Assembly (NCBI GenBank): GCA_051313645.2
Contig: JBNRSN020000039.1
Location: 6,386,001 to 6,450,000 of the forward strand
DNA length: 64,000 bases
From: Centroscyllium fabricii
Taxonomy: Eukaryota
Direction of reading: 5' to 3'
Shown here in pieces: positions 48,963 to 61,074 of this stretch. How positions within the stretch are numbered: position 1 is the stretch's first letter; the number at the start of each line of letters is the position of its first letter. The translations under genes were made by a program, and so were the position numbers. The notes below the pieces were generated by a model, which worked only from the letters and a program-made list of their open reading frames with translations, was not told where the DNA came from and did no database searches.

Positions 48963-51900
48963 TGTGGCGGCACACTAAGACTGACGAATCCGCCTCGAGA
49001 GCTGCGGGGCATAGCCCCGCCCATCGGGTGACGTGATGTCGTCACCACCATCCCTCGGTGTGATGAGGTCACTAAAGCGGGCCTTTTAAATAAGCTCGCT
49101 CCTCGTGTTTCAGTCTGTTCCTTCCTCACTGTAATGTATTAAACAAGTGTTTCTCTGTCTCTCTGGCTCCCGCGTGGATCTTGGGTCCTGCAAGCGCTAC
49201 GCTGGTGACCCCGACTTGGAACGACTCCCAAGGAGAAAAAGCAGCTACAGGACCAAAGACCAAGCAGCCTCAGGACACTTTAAAAGTTAAACATGACTAC
49301 AAGGAACCAAGCTTCTCAAACACAAGGACTTCGCCAGAACTTCGGACACAGACTTACACTACCGGAGTTCTGGGAGCAGCGCCCAGCGGCCTGGCTTATG
49401 TGCATCGAAACCAGCTGCCGCACACATGGCGTCCAGGGTGATGACAGCTACTACTTGGTCTTTTGGACACTACCGCAATCGACGATCAATCGGATGTGGT
49501 CGAAGCTACAGCGTGTGCCCACAGCGGGCAGGTATGAGTTCCTTAAGGCCGCGCTGCTAAAAAAAATTACCCCCTCCCAATTTGAGCGCGACTGCCAGCT
49601 CCTTAACCTCCCCAAACTCGGGGATGCAGACCCATCGGGACTTTGGGGGCAGATGCAAGCGCTTACCGCAGATCCCCCCTCCCTGTTCCGCACCGTTTTC
49701 CGCCTGAAAATACCCCGCTCCATCAGACCGGCCCTGGCGGCCCTCTGCCACTGGAACGGGGACAAACTAGCCGAGGAAGCCGACAGGCTCACGGCGGCCG
49801 AGCGCACCCGCTCCAACTCGTGCGACCCTAATGCAGCATCCATTGAGCGCAACCACTCGCCCCCCAGGTCCAACCCAACGCCTGTACCCAGGGCCCCGTG
49901 CCCACCCACACGGATCGATAATAAAGCACACCGCTGCGTACAGCCCTGTGCATTTAAGCCACGGCCCACACCAGCCCCCACTATGTCTGTAGGACACACA
50001 GGAGCACTGCTCTTTGTCACAGACAGCGGCACAGGCCTCCGGTTCCTCTGCAACACAGGCGCACAGCACAGCATCGTGCCAGCCTCCCCAGCAGAAGCCA
50101 AACAATGCACCCGGGGCCCGCCACTCGCAGCGGCCAATGGCTCCAATATAAAAAAGTACGGCACCCGCAAGCTCACATTTAAGCTCGCCGGCCACATGTA
50201 TCACTGGGACTTTGTCACAGCCCAGTTCACTTCACCCCTCCTCGGGGCAGATTTCCTCTGCGCCCACGGCCTGCTGGTTGACATGACCCGGCCCTGCCTG
50301 GTCGACATCAATAACATGCTCCACAGGGCCCGCAGTCCTGGCCCACGCGGCGGCACAATGCCGCTCCCGAAACTCTGACGCATGCAGCACGCTCCTCGCA
50401 GAGTTCCCCACCCTTACCAAACCCACGTTCACCGCCCGCCGGGCCAAACACGGGGTAGAGCATTTTATAACCACCACTGGCCCTCCTGTCCATGCCCACG
50501 CCCGCAGGCTAGACCCGGCCAAACTGGAGATCGCGCACACAGAGTTCCGCACCATGGAACAACTCGGCATAATCCGCCGCTCCAACAGCCCCTGGGCCTC
50601 TCCCCTACACATCACCCCCAAGCCGGGCGGGGGTTGGCTCCCCTGCGGCGACTACCGCCGCCTAAACATTGCCACTACCCCAGATAGGTACCCCGTACCC
50701 CACATCCAGGATTTCTCCGCCAGACTAGCAGGCTGCACGATCTTATCTAAGACCGACCTGGTGCGTGGCTACTTGGACGACATCCTCGTGGCCAACACCC
50801 CACCCCCCAGAAACACCTCCTGCACCTCAGGACCATGTTACAGCGCCTGGTCGAACACGGCCATATATTAAGCCCCTCAAAAGGCAAATTCGGCCTCGAG
50901 ACCATAGACTTCCTCGGCCACCGCATCTCCCAAACCGGGGCCATACCCCTGCCCTCCAATGTGCAGGCAGTTCAGTAATTCCCCCGCCCGCACTCCATTA
51001 AGGGGCTGCAGTAATTCCTGGGGATGGTTAATTTTTATAATCGCTTTATCCCAGGAGCAGACGCTCTCATGGCCCCCCTATACCAGGCCACATGCGGGCA
51101 GTCCGGCAAAACTGCGGTAGAGTGGACGGCCGATGCCGCCACCACCTTCACCACAACCAAAACCGCCCTGGCCATCACCACCCTCCTAGCCCACACCAGG
51201 CCCAACGCCAGAGTGGACCTCACCACTGACGCCTCCGACCACGCTGTCGGGGCTGTCTTTCAACAGTGGACCGGCAACTCTTGGCAGCCCCTGGCCTTTT
51301 TCAGCCGGCAACTTCGGCCCCCAGAGGTCAAGTACAGCTCCTTCGACAGGGAGCTCCTCGCTCTCTACCTCGCAGTGCGCCATTTACGCTTCCTCTTGGA
51401 GGGCCGTCCCTTCAAAGCCTTCGTCGACCGCAAGCCACTCACCTTCGCTATGGCCAAGGTCACCGAACCCTGATCGGCCAGGCAGCAGCGCCAGCTCGCG
51501 GCTGTGTCGGTGTTCACTACCGACATTCAGCATATCTCTGGCCGTGACAACGTGGTTGCTGACTGCCTCTCACGCCCCGCAAGTAACGCCGCCCAAATGG
51601 CGGTCAATTATGGCAAGCTGGCAGCAGACCAGCTGGCCGACCCAGACCTGCTCGACCCAGCAGCCAACCTCCCAGGCCTACACCTGGACAAAATCGCACA
51701 TGGCCCCGCTGCCACAGTCGTCCTGGACCAGTTTTCGATCGCCACCTGGGTCGCCCGTTTCGGCGTGCCCACCGACATCACGTCGGACAGAGGACCCCAG
51801 TTTACGTCAGCACTATGGGCGGCTATCGCCCGCGACCTCGGGGTAACCTTACAACGAACCACCGCATACCACCCACAATCTAACGGGCTCTGTGAACGCT

Positions 51901-52042
51901 TCCACCACTCTAGGAAAGCATCCCTGTGGGCCAGCCTCAAAGTCGCGTCATGGACCGACCGTCACCCATGGGTACTCCTCGGGCTGCGCTCGGCAGTCAA
52001 AGAGGACCTAAACACCTCGGCAGCAGAACACGTCTACGGCCA
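48963..52042 (+). mobile_element. Ty3/Gypsy LTR retrotransposon (CsRn1-like): 5' LTR, PBS, decayed gag-pol, 3' truncated
   Basis: LTR 48963-49201; PBS tggtgaccccgac 49203-49215 (tRNA-Trp); gag FWEQRPAAWL; protease FLCNTGAQHS and LLGADFL; RT SPWASPLH, CGDYRRLN, YLDDIL; RNase H TDASDHAVGAV, FDRELLA; integrase SDRGPQF, YHPQSNGLCERF. Confidence 0.92.
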
Positions 52043-52456
52043 GATGGAGCAGACTCGTGGGAACGAATGGCCTACTCCTGCTATTTTCTTCAATGTGTCC
52101 ATTCATCCTCTCCTGGGCGGGCTATTTATACCCGGATGCAGCGCCTGAGGCTCTGCTGCCCTCGCAAGGAGCATGTTTATCCGTTGAGTGTAGACAGTGA
52201 TTAATGGTCTGGTTGAGGCCGCACAAACTAGACTGATATCGTCCAAAGCCGCCCTTCACACCACACTTTCCACAAGATCCTCACATAATCCACAAGAGAT
52301 GGGGATACTCTCAGAGACCCGATTAATCCGGGTCATTTCCTGCTTGGATGCTTCTTTAAGAGAGTAATCAATTTTGACCAACACCAGTTAACTCTGTCCT
52401 GGTCAAAGCACCGTCCGCTGGAACAAGTGCCATCCAGAGCAAGCTTCTTCACCCCA

Positions 52457-52543
52457 TCATAAGGATAGTTGAAGCTTCGGTCTGACATTCACCAGCTTCT
52501 GCAGCTCTTTGCGCCCTTGGGAAGTGAAACATTCGCTCGTAAT
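52457..52543 (-). pseudogene. NLR-like terminal exon, copy B
   Basis: ttttgcag acceptor; ..FTSQGRKELQKLVNVRPKLQLSL-TGA; 87 nt, one nt short for the phase-2 upstream donor. Confidence 0.55.
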
Positions 52544-53740
52544 CTGCAAAAGGAGGGGGAAATTACAATCAGTTGACAGGGGCTCTGTTCAAATATTTTA
52601 GATGAAAAGATATGGAATGCAATTTAACATTAGATTATATTATAGATTAACTATGTAGGTGTCATCAACACTTTCTGGACAGCATTCAGTCCCGCTCTGT
52701 CTCTGTCTCCCCCTATATATATTTCTGTCTCTTTATTTAACATATCTTTACTTGTACCACTCCCGCTCCATTTCTCCCTCACTGTGCCTTGCCTCAATTC
52801 TAAGACTCCATCTCCCACTAACCCTCTATATAATTGAATTTGTCTATCTCTTTAACTATAATTCTCACTTTATATTCCACTTTCTCCCTCTCTCTTTCCC
52901 TCCGCTTCTAACTAGATACCTCTCTTAATTTATTCCATTATCCATCATCCTATTTCTCTATTATTTTCATCTCTTGGCCTCTCTCAGCCTCTATCACTCT
53001 CTATAAATAGTTTCCCTCGGCCTCTATTTCTGACTCTGTATCTGTCTCTGTGTTTGTGAGTCTCTCTATCTGTCTACGACTCTATCACTGTTTTCCATTT
53101 TTATGTCCCTTCAACCTCTCCGTTTCTCTCTCCCACCTCTCTCTTTCGATGTCTCTGTCATTCTCTCTGTATCGCTATTTAAGTGTGTGTTTGTCTACCA
53201 CTTTCTCTGCAGTCGTCAATGTTACTCTGTCCCTCTCCCTCCCCTATTTCCCATTTATATATCTAATTTTCTCCTTCTCTTTCTCTAATTCTCTCCATTA
53301 TCTGTATTTCTCTGTCTGTTTCTCTCCCTTCCTCTATCTCTCTGCTTTGCTCTACATTTCTCTCTTTCACTAACTTCCTATCTGTGACATTCGATATTCC
53401 CTTCTTTCTATTCCTATCTTCCAAGTAATATTTTTATTTCTGTATTTGCAGAAGCAGCTGCCCCTATCTCACTTTTTTCTCTCTATCTCTATAGCCTGAT
53501 AAGTCAAGGGCGTGGCAATGGGAGAGATTTAAAAATAAGAAGAATCAGAGATTGTGCTTTGCATCCCAATATATTATTAGGGCCTAAGCTATCATAATGG
53601 AATGGAAATGTGCGCTCAGTTATATTAGAAACATGTTCTCGGTTTGTTACTCAAGACAAGATTGATTACAGATTTTATTTGAGAATTATCCGCAGATATT
53701 AAATTAAATGCAAAGCAAAAAAAAAAAAAAAATCGCTTAC

Positions 53741-53908
53741 GTTATCTGTTCCAGATTGGCACAGTTCAGTACGAGCTGGCGGAACTTTTCTTGAGATTTT
53801 TCTGTGAATCCATTAAACGAGAGGTGCAGGACTCTCAGCGTTTCTTTCACACAAAGAGCAGAAACAAGTTCCTCACAGCACTCGTGTGTCAGGTAATTGC
53901 TCTTCAGG
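53741..53908 (-). CDS. 168-nt LRR exon of an NLR-like gene, copy B
   Basis: caacag acceptor, gtaagc donor; ends RQLVLNCANLEQI. Confidence 0.8.
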
Positions 53909-54649
53909 CTGTTGGAGAATGGATAAGCGAATCAGCGAATGAGATACAGAGGGAAAGTGATAGAAGCAGAGAGATTGATACATAGAGTGAAAATAGATAG
54001 AGTGATAGAGAGAGAGGCAGAGAGACAGAGAAGAGGAGAGCGAGACGGTGGAGGGAGAAAGTGACAGAGAGAGAGAGAGACAGAAAGAGCGGCAGAGAGA
54101 CACAGAGAATGGATGAAGGGGGAGGAAAGGGACAGAGAGAGACAGAAAGAGCGGCAGTAAGACAGAGAGTGAGAGAGAAGGGTGAGGAAAGAGACAGAGA
54201 AAGACAAAAAAGCAAAAGTGAGAGAGAGTTTAAGTGAGAAGGAGTGATAGATAGAGAGGGAGAGCGAATGAGAGAGGGAGAGAAGAGATCGGGAGATAGA
54301 GAATTAAGGGGAGGAGAGAGAGTCAGAGAGAGGTAAAGAACCCTGAGAGAGAATGTGGGAGGGAAGAGATAGAGAGCAACAGAGGGTGACATGAAGTCCA
54401 AGAGATTTAAAGTTAGGCAGTCACAGTTGGAGGAAGAGAAAGATTGATTTTTTTTTATAAACAAACCGTCCAGGTTAAAATGAGGGAGAGATAAAGAGAG
54501 AGAGTGCATGTAACAGTGAATAAAGAAAGTAGTTTCAGAAATGCCAGAATAATGATCTACATCCAGAACTAGTTGCACATCTAGACAAGATGATCCACTA
54601 CAGAAAAAAGCATCGGCAGGAACCCGAAAAAATGCAGGACGAATCCAGG

Positions 54650-55224
54650 ACACTCCTTCCCCCTCATTATCTCTGTTCTTCTCTCTCTCGCCCTCCGATC
54701 TCAGTCAGTCCTCCTCTCTCTCCGATCTGCTCTCCATTTCCCCTCTTATCTCCATTCCTCTCTGATATACTCTCTCCCCATCTCCTCTCCATCTGACCTC
54801 TGATTTCGTTCCACCTTCTCCTCTCCGTACCTCATCCGATCTCCTCTCTCACTCCGATCTCCTCTCAGCTCACTTCCCCTCTCATCTCCCATCTCTTCCC
54901 CTCCGCTCACCAGGCTCTCTCTGACATCCGCCATCTGCACTTTGATCACCTTCTCTCTCCTATCTGTTCTCCTCCCCTCCCTTCACCTCGCTCCCTCCGA
55001 TTCCATCACACTCCCCTAGGATCTCGTCTCTCCCTTGTGCTCATTCTCGCTCTCCGATCTCCACTCACCCTCTCTAATCTCCTCTCTTTCACCAATCCCT
55101 TTTCCCTTCCACTATGTTCTTCTCTCTCTCCATCTGCTCTCTGTGCGATCTCCTCTCCAGCTTCCACTCTGATCTCCTCTATCTCCCTTACAATCTCAAC
55201 TCTCTTTCCGATCTCATCTCTCTC
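54650..55224. repeat. CT-rich low-complexity tract (continues at 59206-59470)
   Basis: (ctctcc)/ccgatctc motifs; split by the Rex1 insertion. Confidence 0.85.
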
Positions 55225-57470
55225 AAGAGATTCAAGATCATTTTATTCGCCATATGTAACTAGTACAATGGAATGCTTACTCCCCATTCACTCCCACACT
55301 TATGAAATGAAGAAAAGCACGAGGTAAAAAGGTAAAAACAAGTGTAAATATAGTAACAAATTAGTAAACAGAGAAACAGATAGATAACAATTGCCGTTAG
55401 CAGTTCAGTAGGCGCACTGCCTGTGGATAAAAACTGTTATTGAATCTGCTGGTCCTGGTTCGGATGCTGCGGTACCGACGGCCGGTTCGCAGGAGGGAGA
55501 ACAGTTCGTGCCCAGGGTGGTTGGGGTCTTTGATAATGGCACGGGCCTTGTTCCGACATCTAGTCTGGAAGATCTCTTCGATTGATGGGAGTTTACACCC
55601 GATGATTTTTCCTGCCGTCTTCACAACCCTCTGGATGGCCTTCCTGTCCTGAACAGTGGTATTGCCATACCACACAGTGACGCCACCTGACAAGACGCTC
55701 TCTATGGTTCCGCGGTAGAAGTTCACCAGCAATTGTGTACTTATACCGCATTTCCTCAGGCACCGCAGAGGGTAGCGGTGCTGGTGAGCCTTCTTCAGCA
55801 TTTCATTGGTGTTATAATTCCAAGTCAGATCGTCAGAGATCTGCAGACCTAGGAATCGAAAGCAGCTGACTCTTTCTACCGGTAACCCGCCTATTGTGAT
55901 TGGTCGGTGGTTCTTTTGATGGCGTCTGAAGTCCACGATGAGTTCCTTCATCTTGCTGACGTTCAGGGCAAGGTTGTTATCCTTGCACCATCCCATCAGC
56001 TGAACTATCTCATCCCTGTACTCTGTCTCGTCCTCATTACTGATCAGGGCAATTACCGTGGTGTCATCGGCAAACTTTATTATTCGGTTGTTGCTGCGTT
56101 GGGCTGTACAATCGTTTGTGAACAGAGAGTACAGCCGAGGACTGAGGCAGCAGCCCTGTGGCGCTCCGGTATTGAGGACCAGTGTGGAGGAGGTGTTGTT
56201 CCCTATTCTCACCACTTGAGGCCTGCCGGTCAGGAAGTCCAGAATCCAGTTGCAGATGGGGGTGCCCAGACCTAGGTCCTTCAGTTTCAGGATTAACTTG
56301 GAGGGAACAATAGTATTAAATGCAGAACTGTAGTCGATGAACATCAGTCTGACATAAGTCTCCCTTTTATCCAGATGTTCTAGGACAGTGTGTAGTGTTA
56401 GGGGGACTGCATCGTCCACAGACCTGTTCGCCCTGTATGCAAACTGGAACGGATCCAAGGAATCAGGGATGATGCTGTTTATATGTGTCATCACCAGCTT
56501 TTCCAGGCACTTCATGGCTATAGATGTTAGGGCTATCTGTCGATAGTCATTGAGACCCGTTACCTTGGTCTTCTTTGGTAGCGGCACAATGGTCATCTCC
56601 TTAAAACACACTGGCACGACAGACTGCTGCAGTGAGATATTAAAAATGTCTCTGAACACAGGAGCCAGCTGGTCTGCACATGTCTTGAAGTCGCGGGATG
56701 GCACTCCGTCTGGACCGGCTGCCTTTCGTGCCTTCACCCTCCTGAATGTTTTGCAGACCTCGGACTCAGTCACCTGTAGTCTGTAGTCCTCTGGATGACA
56801 AGGTTTTTTTTTGGCCTGCTCAGTATTTTCCCTATCAAAGCGAGCATAGAAGATATTCAGCTCGTCCGGTAGGGAGGGATCAGTGTTGGTGACACCCGCT
56901 GATCTTTCCTTGCAGTTGGTGATGGCCCTCAGTCCCTGCCACATGCGTCTGGCATCGGAGCCCCCGCCGTACTGGGACTCCAGTTTATCCCTGAAGTCAA
57001 TTTTAGCTATTTTTATCGCTCTAATAAGGTCATACTTGGCCTTCCTGTAGACTTCACTCTCCCCTGTTTTAAAAGCAGAACGCCGATCTCTTAATTTGTT
57101 GTAGATGTTAGAATTCATCCACGGTTTGCAGTTGGGAAATGAACGTACAGACTTGGTAGGGATGCAATCATCTACCAATTTGTTGATGTATCCATTGACA
57201 TGGTCTGCATACTCATCGAGGTCTGGGTTCTTAAATACACTCCAGTCTGTTTTTTCCAGCCCGCCCTGTAGTTTGAGTTCATTGTCCGTTGTCCAAATTA
57301 TTTTTGTTTTCATTATTGCTGGTGTATTTTTTAGCTTCTGTTTGTAAGCAGGAAGTAGAAGCACAGAGGCATGGTCTGACTTGCCGAAGCCCGGCCGAGC
57401 AGTGGCACGGAAGGCATGTTGAATTGTGGTATAGCACTGGTCCAGATTTTTTCCATTTCTTGTTGGACAG
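55225..57470 (-). mobile_element. Rex1/Babar LINE, 3' part (end of APE + full RT, open frame)
   Basis: Within the 716-aa ORF: CPTRNGKNLD, FGKSDH, DPFQFAYR, FIDYSSAFNTI, GAPQGCCLSP, IKFADDTT, RFNNSFYPQAVRLLN; aataaa and a short tail at ~55225-55250. Confidence 0.93.
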
Positions 57471-59205
57471 AGTGCTGTGTCACTTCCGGTGCTGCAGAAG
57501 GAACACGGCACTGGAGAAGAGCTGACGTGTCTCTGTGAAGCTACCACACTTTTGTTTTTTAACTTTCTACCTTTTGCCTTTTACTTTTACTTTTTAACTT
57601 TTTAACTTTATAACCTGAAACAAAAGACGTCGCCTTTTGGGACAACCTGCCTTACCTCTTGCCGTTTTCTGGGCTTGCTTGCCTTGGGACTGGCTGTCGG
57701 CTATACTTGTTATCTTTTTACCTTTACTTTGTAACTTTTTAACTTATAACCTGAAACAAAAGACGTCGCCTTCTGGGACAACCTGCCTTACCTCTTGCCA
57801 TTTTCTGGGCTTGCTTGCCTTGGGACTGGCTGTCTCGGCTTTTTTCAGCTGCTACCGCTCTGGTCCTGCCTGCCTTGTCGTCTTTTGCGTGGATGCCTCT
57901 CTCCCGCTTGGTTGCCGCTGGTCGTTCTCCTCTTGGCCGTTGCTTTGCCTTGCCTGTGGAAACTCAACTGCTGCTGTCGCTGCCGCTGCCTGTGGAAATT
58001 CAACTGCTGCTGTCGCTGCCGCTGCTGCTGCCGCTCTGGACCGCCTGCCTTGTCGTCTGCGTGGATGCCTCTCTTCTGCTGGGCTGCTGCTGGTCGCTCT
58101 CTTCTTGGCCGTTGCCTTGCTTGCTGGAACTCAGCTGCTGCTGCCGCTGCTGCTGCCGCTCTGGACCGCCTGCCTTGTCGACTGCTGCATGGATGCCAGC
58201 TGCTGCTGGTCGTTCTCCTCTTGGTCGTTGCCGTTGCTTTGCCTGTTGCTGCTGCTGCCGTTCTGGACCTGTCTGCATTGCCGTCGGATCAACGCTTCTG
58301 CTTGGCTGCCTCATCTGCTATGGGTCTGTTGCTACTGCCTGGTTGCCGCACCGCTGTTTTTTTAAATTGTAATATTTCCATAGTAATATTTAAGGCTCTA
58401 CTTATTCATTGTAATATTTTTTTAATTATAATATGTAAAGCTATTTATTTATTATATATTTTTTTAATTTTTATTAACTAACTAACTATTAACATGCTTG
58501 GTCTGAGCGCGAAAGTTGTCAGATACAGTCGCCAAGTCCTCTTGGAATTAAGGAAGATGTCAGCCGTTTTTTATACTAAAACAGAGTTGACAACAAACAA
58601 GTTAATGAAGGATTTACCTGTGGAGGTACTGAATGTCAACAGAGTGCAGTGGGGGCAGAGGAGCCCACCCCTCGACCAGAACCATCACGCTCATGGAAGT
58701 AGGTGCAAATGGGCCCACAGGCGGGGGTCACGGGCAGGCCTACTAGTCAGATTGCGCCGACGGGGTTGGGAACCAGCCTAGCCCAGCATTCTCCTCGCAA
58801 ATGTCCAATCTTTGGTCAACAAGATTGACGAGCTGAATTGCCGTATCGCCTCACAGCGGGTCATTAGGGAGTGCTGTGCAATGATCCTTACAGAGTCGTG
58901 GTTAACCTCAATGATACCTGACGAGGAGGTGCAGCCCCATGGTTTTGCTTTGTTCAGGACCGATAGAACATCTGACTCTACAGGGAAGAGCAGAGGCGGC
59001 GGTGTCTGCTGCCTGATTAACAACAAATGGTGCACAGATGTACAGGTACTGTCACAGCACTGTACCGCCAACTTGGAACTATTAACAATCAAGTGTCGCC
59101 CTTTTTACCTACCAAGGGAAATCTCAGCTATCCTCATGTCTGCTGTCTACATCCAACCATGAGCCAATGAAAACACTGCATTGAGCGAACTTTACAGTGA
59201 GTACA
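57471..59205 (+). mobile_element. Inverted 5' part of the same Rex1/Babar LINE (5' UTR + APE N-terminal half)
   Basis: RYSRQVLLELRK, PSILLANVQSLVNKIDEL, LTESWLT, GKSRGGGVC, CRPFYLPRE, AVYIQP; the whole composite is flanked by a 15-bp TSD gatctcatctctctc (55210-55224 and 59206-59220). Confidence 0.85.
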
Positions 59206-59524
59206 GATCTCATCTCTCTCTGCGATCTTCTATCATTGCGAACTCCTTTCCATCCACGCTGTCATCACCGCTCCCTCTCGTCTCTCCTCTCTCTCCGCTA
59301 CGACCAACTCGTTCTCTCCATTTTCATCTCCCTCCTTCCGATTTCCTCTCTCTGCAATCTCCTGCCACTGTCTCCGATCTAATTTGTCCATCCCCTGTCT
59401 CACCAACTTCAATCCCTCTCTCCACTTACTTCGTCACTCTCTCAACACTGGCTAACCATGATCTTCCCCTTCTCCAACCCCAACAATCATCGGACCAACT
59501 CCGCACTGAGCCGATTACAGCGTG

Positions 59525-59901
59525 CAGGGCCGGCTCAAGGTATTTGGGGGCCCCAAACAAGGTATTTTGGGGGCCCCAAACAAGGTATTTGGGGGCCCCA
59601 AACAAGGTATTTTGGGGGCCCCAAACAAGGTATTTTGGGGGCCCTTTCTGTTTGTGTCTGTAGATATGTGTGCACAAGCACAAGGGGGGCTTCTTCTGCC
59701 GGCACTAAAACCTACTGTACCCAGTATATAATTATGCACCAGTTATGTACCAGTACATTGTGCACAATATTGTGCAGGGGAAATGTATGTCTATCATGGG
59801 CTATAATTTAAGAATGAAAACACTTAGGCCTATGAGGGGCCCTCTCAAATCGGGGGCCCTAAACAAATGTTTACATCGTTTATATGGTAGGGCCGGCCCT
59901 G
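59525..59901. mobile_element. hAT-type MITE with internal 21-22-bp tandem repeat
   Basis: TIR cagggccggc / gccggccctg; 8-bp TSD acagcgtg; about 5 copies of caaggtattt(t)gggggccccaaa at 59536-59645. Confidence 0.9.
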
Positions 59902-60029
59902 ACAGCGTGGCCCACGTGCAGTCGCCTGTATACAGCGCAAATGTGTGTAAGCGCATCGGGTGTGCATGTGTCGCAGCTTTTAAAAGCACGCAGTGCAGAA
60001 ACCCACAATCATCCTCATGCAAATATTCA

Positions 60030-60640
60030 CAGCGATTACAAAAAATATGGAAGTATAAGATTAAGAAAGTTTTACTGCAATTAAATGGGGTTCTTGTGAA
60101 ACCACATCTGATTACTGTTGACAGTTTTGGTCTCTCTACCAATGAAGGGTTACTTTCCGTTGAGTGTGTGCAAATAATGTTGAGCAAAGGTTTCCTGCGA
60201 TGGGGATTTGGACCATATGGATTGACAGAGGCGACAAAGCCTGCAAGGTGATCTCATTTAAGCATATACCTTACTTACAGGGGTTGACAGTGTAGGGCTC
60301 AGAGAAGATTCACCTGGGAAGGGTGTTTAGAAATAGCTGTCATATTCACAGAATACGGTCACCATTTAGGACTGAGACAAGGATAAATTACATTAATCAA
60401 AGTTCAATGACTCGTTGCAATGCCAGAGCCCAGAGGAACTTTACATGCCCACAGTCAGAGCTCAGTCCTTGTGTATATTCACGACAGAGCACCAACACTT
60501 TTTTTGATTTTCATGGAATAAAGGGACATGGTGTTAGGGCGGTAAGTGGAATTGAGTTGAAATTCCAACTATGATCTGTTTGAAAGTTGGTGCATGATCG
60601 ACTGGCAGAATGGCCTTCTGCAAATGCTATTTCTTCAAAT
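60030..60640 (+). mobile_element. Old degraded CR1 3' fragment
   Basis: YKIKKVLLQLNGVLVKPHL and a CR1-like 3' end. Confidence 0.6.
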
Positions 60641-61004
60641 ACTATGTTCTTAACAGAGACTCCTCTTGCAAGTCAACATCATGACTGTACAGAAATTGGT
60701 ATCACAGCAAAATATTTTACAATTTACCATTAGATGCAATTTCAAAGAAATTAAAAAAATTATATTGTTCTGCCAATCCTCTAATGAAAATAACATATTA
60801 CATACATATCCTTGGAGTAAAAGCGGTCCATTGAATCTGTTTGTTTTTTGGAATGTTACTAATATGACTGATCACTCTCCCGAGATAACCTTGTCCGTGG
60901 AGGTTCCTACAGGACATATTTAAGAGCTCCTCTGAATCAGCCTTTACATTTCCACAGTCAGTGCTCTGTGCCTGGCAGAACAGACATTGACCTTCAGGTC
61001 AGAA

Positions 61005-61074
61005 ATGGCATACACAGTCATTTACCAGATAGAACTTATTTACTACCCGATTCTTGCAGCCCTCGCTGTTCCTG
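61005..61074 (+). CDS. GPR139-like: First coding exon of a GPR139/GPR142-like class A GPCR (MAYTVIYQIELIYYPILAALAVP, phase 1)
   Basis: gaaATGG Kozak context; IYYPILA...VP TM1 signature of chondrichthyan GPR139-like receptors; donor CCTG|gtaaga. Exon 2 is not in the window. Confidence 0.75.

Larger units (their letters stand above)
52043..54647. repeat. Segmental duplication copy B
   Basis: Begins abruptly inside the Gypsy integrase with the CR1-tail sequence seen at 45271. Confidence 0.95.

Noticed and set aside
57637-58481. Cys/Leu/Ala-rich ORFs of 185-242 aa as host genes
   Set aside because: Low-complexity CTG/CCG repeats inside a LINE insertion; all three plus-strand frames are open, which indicates composition rather than coding.
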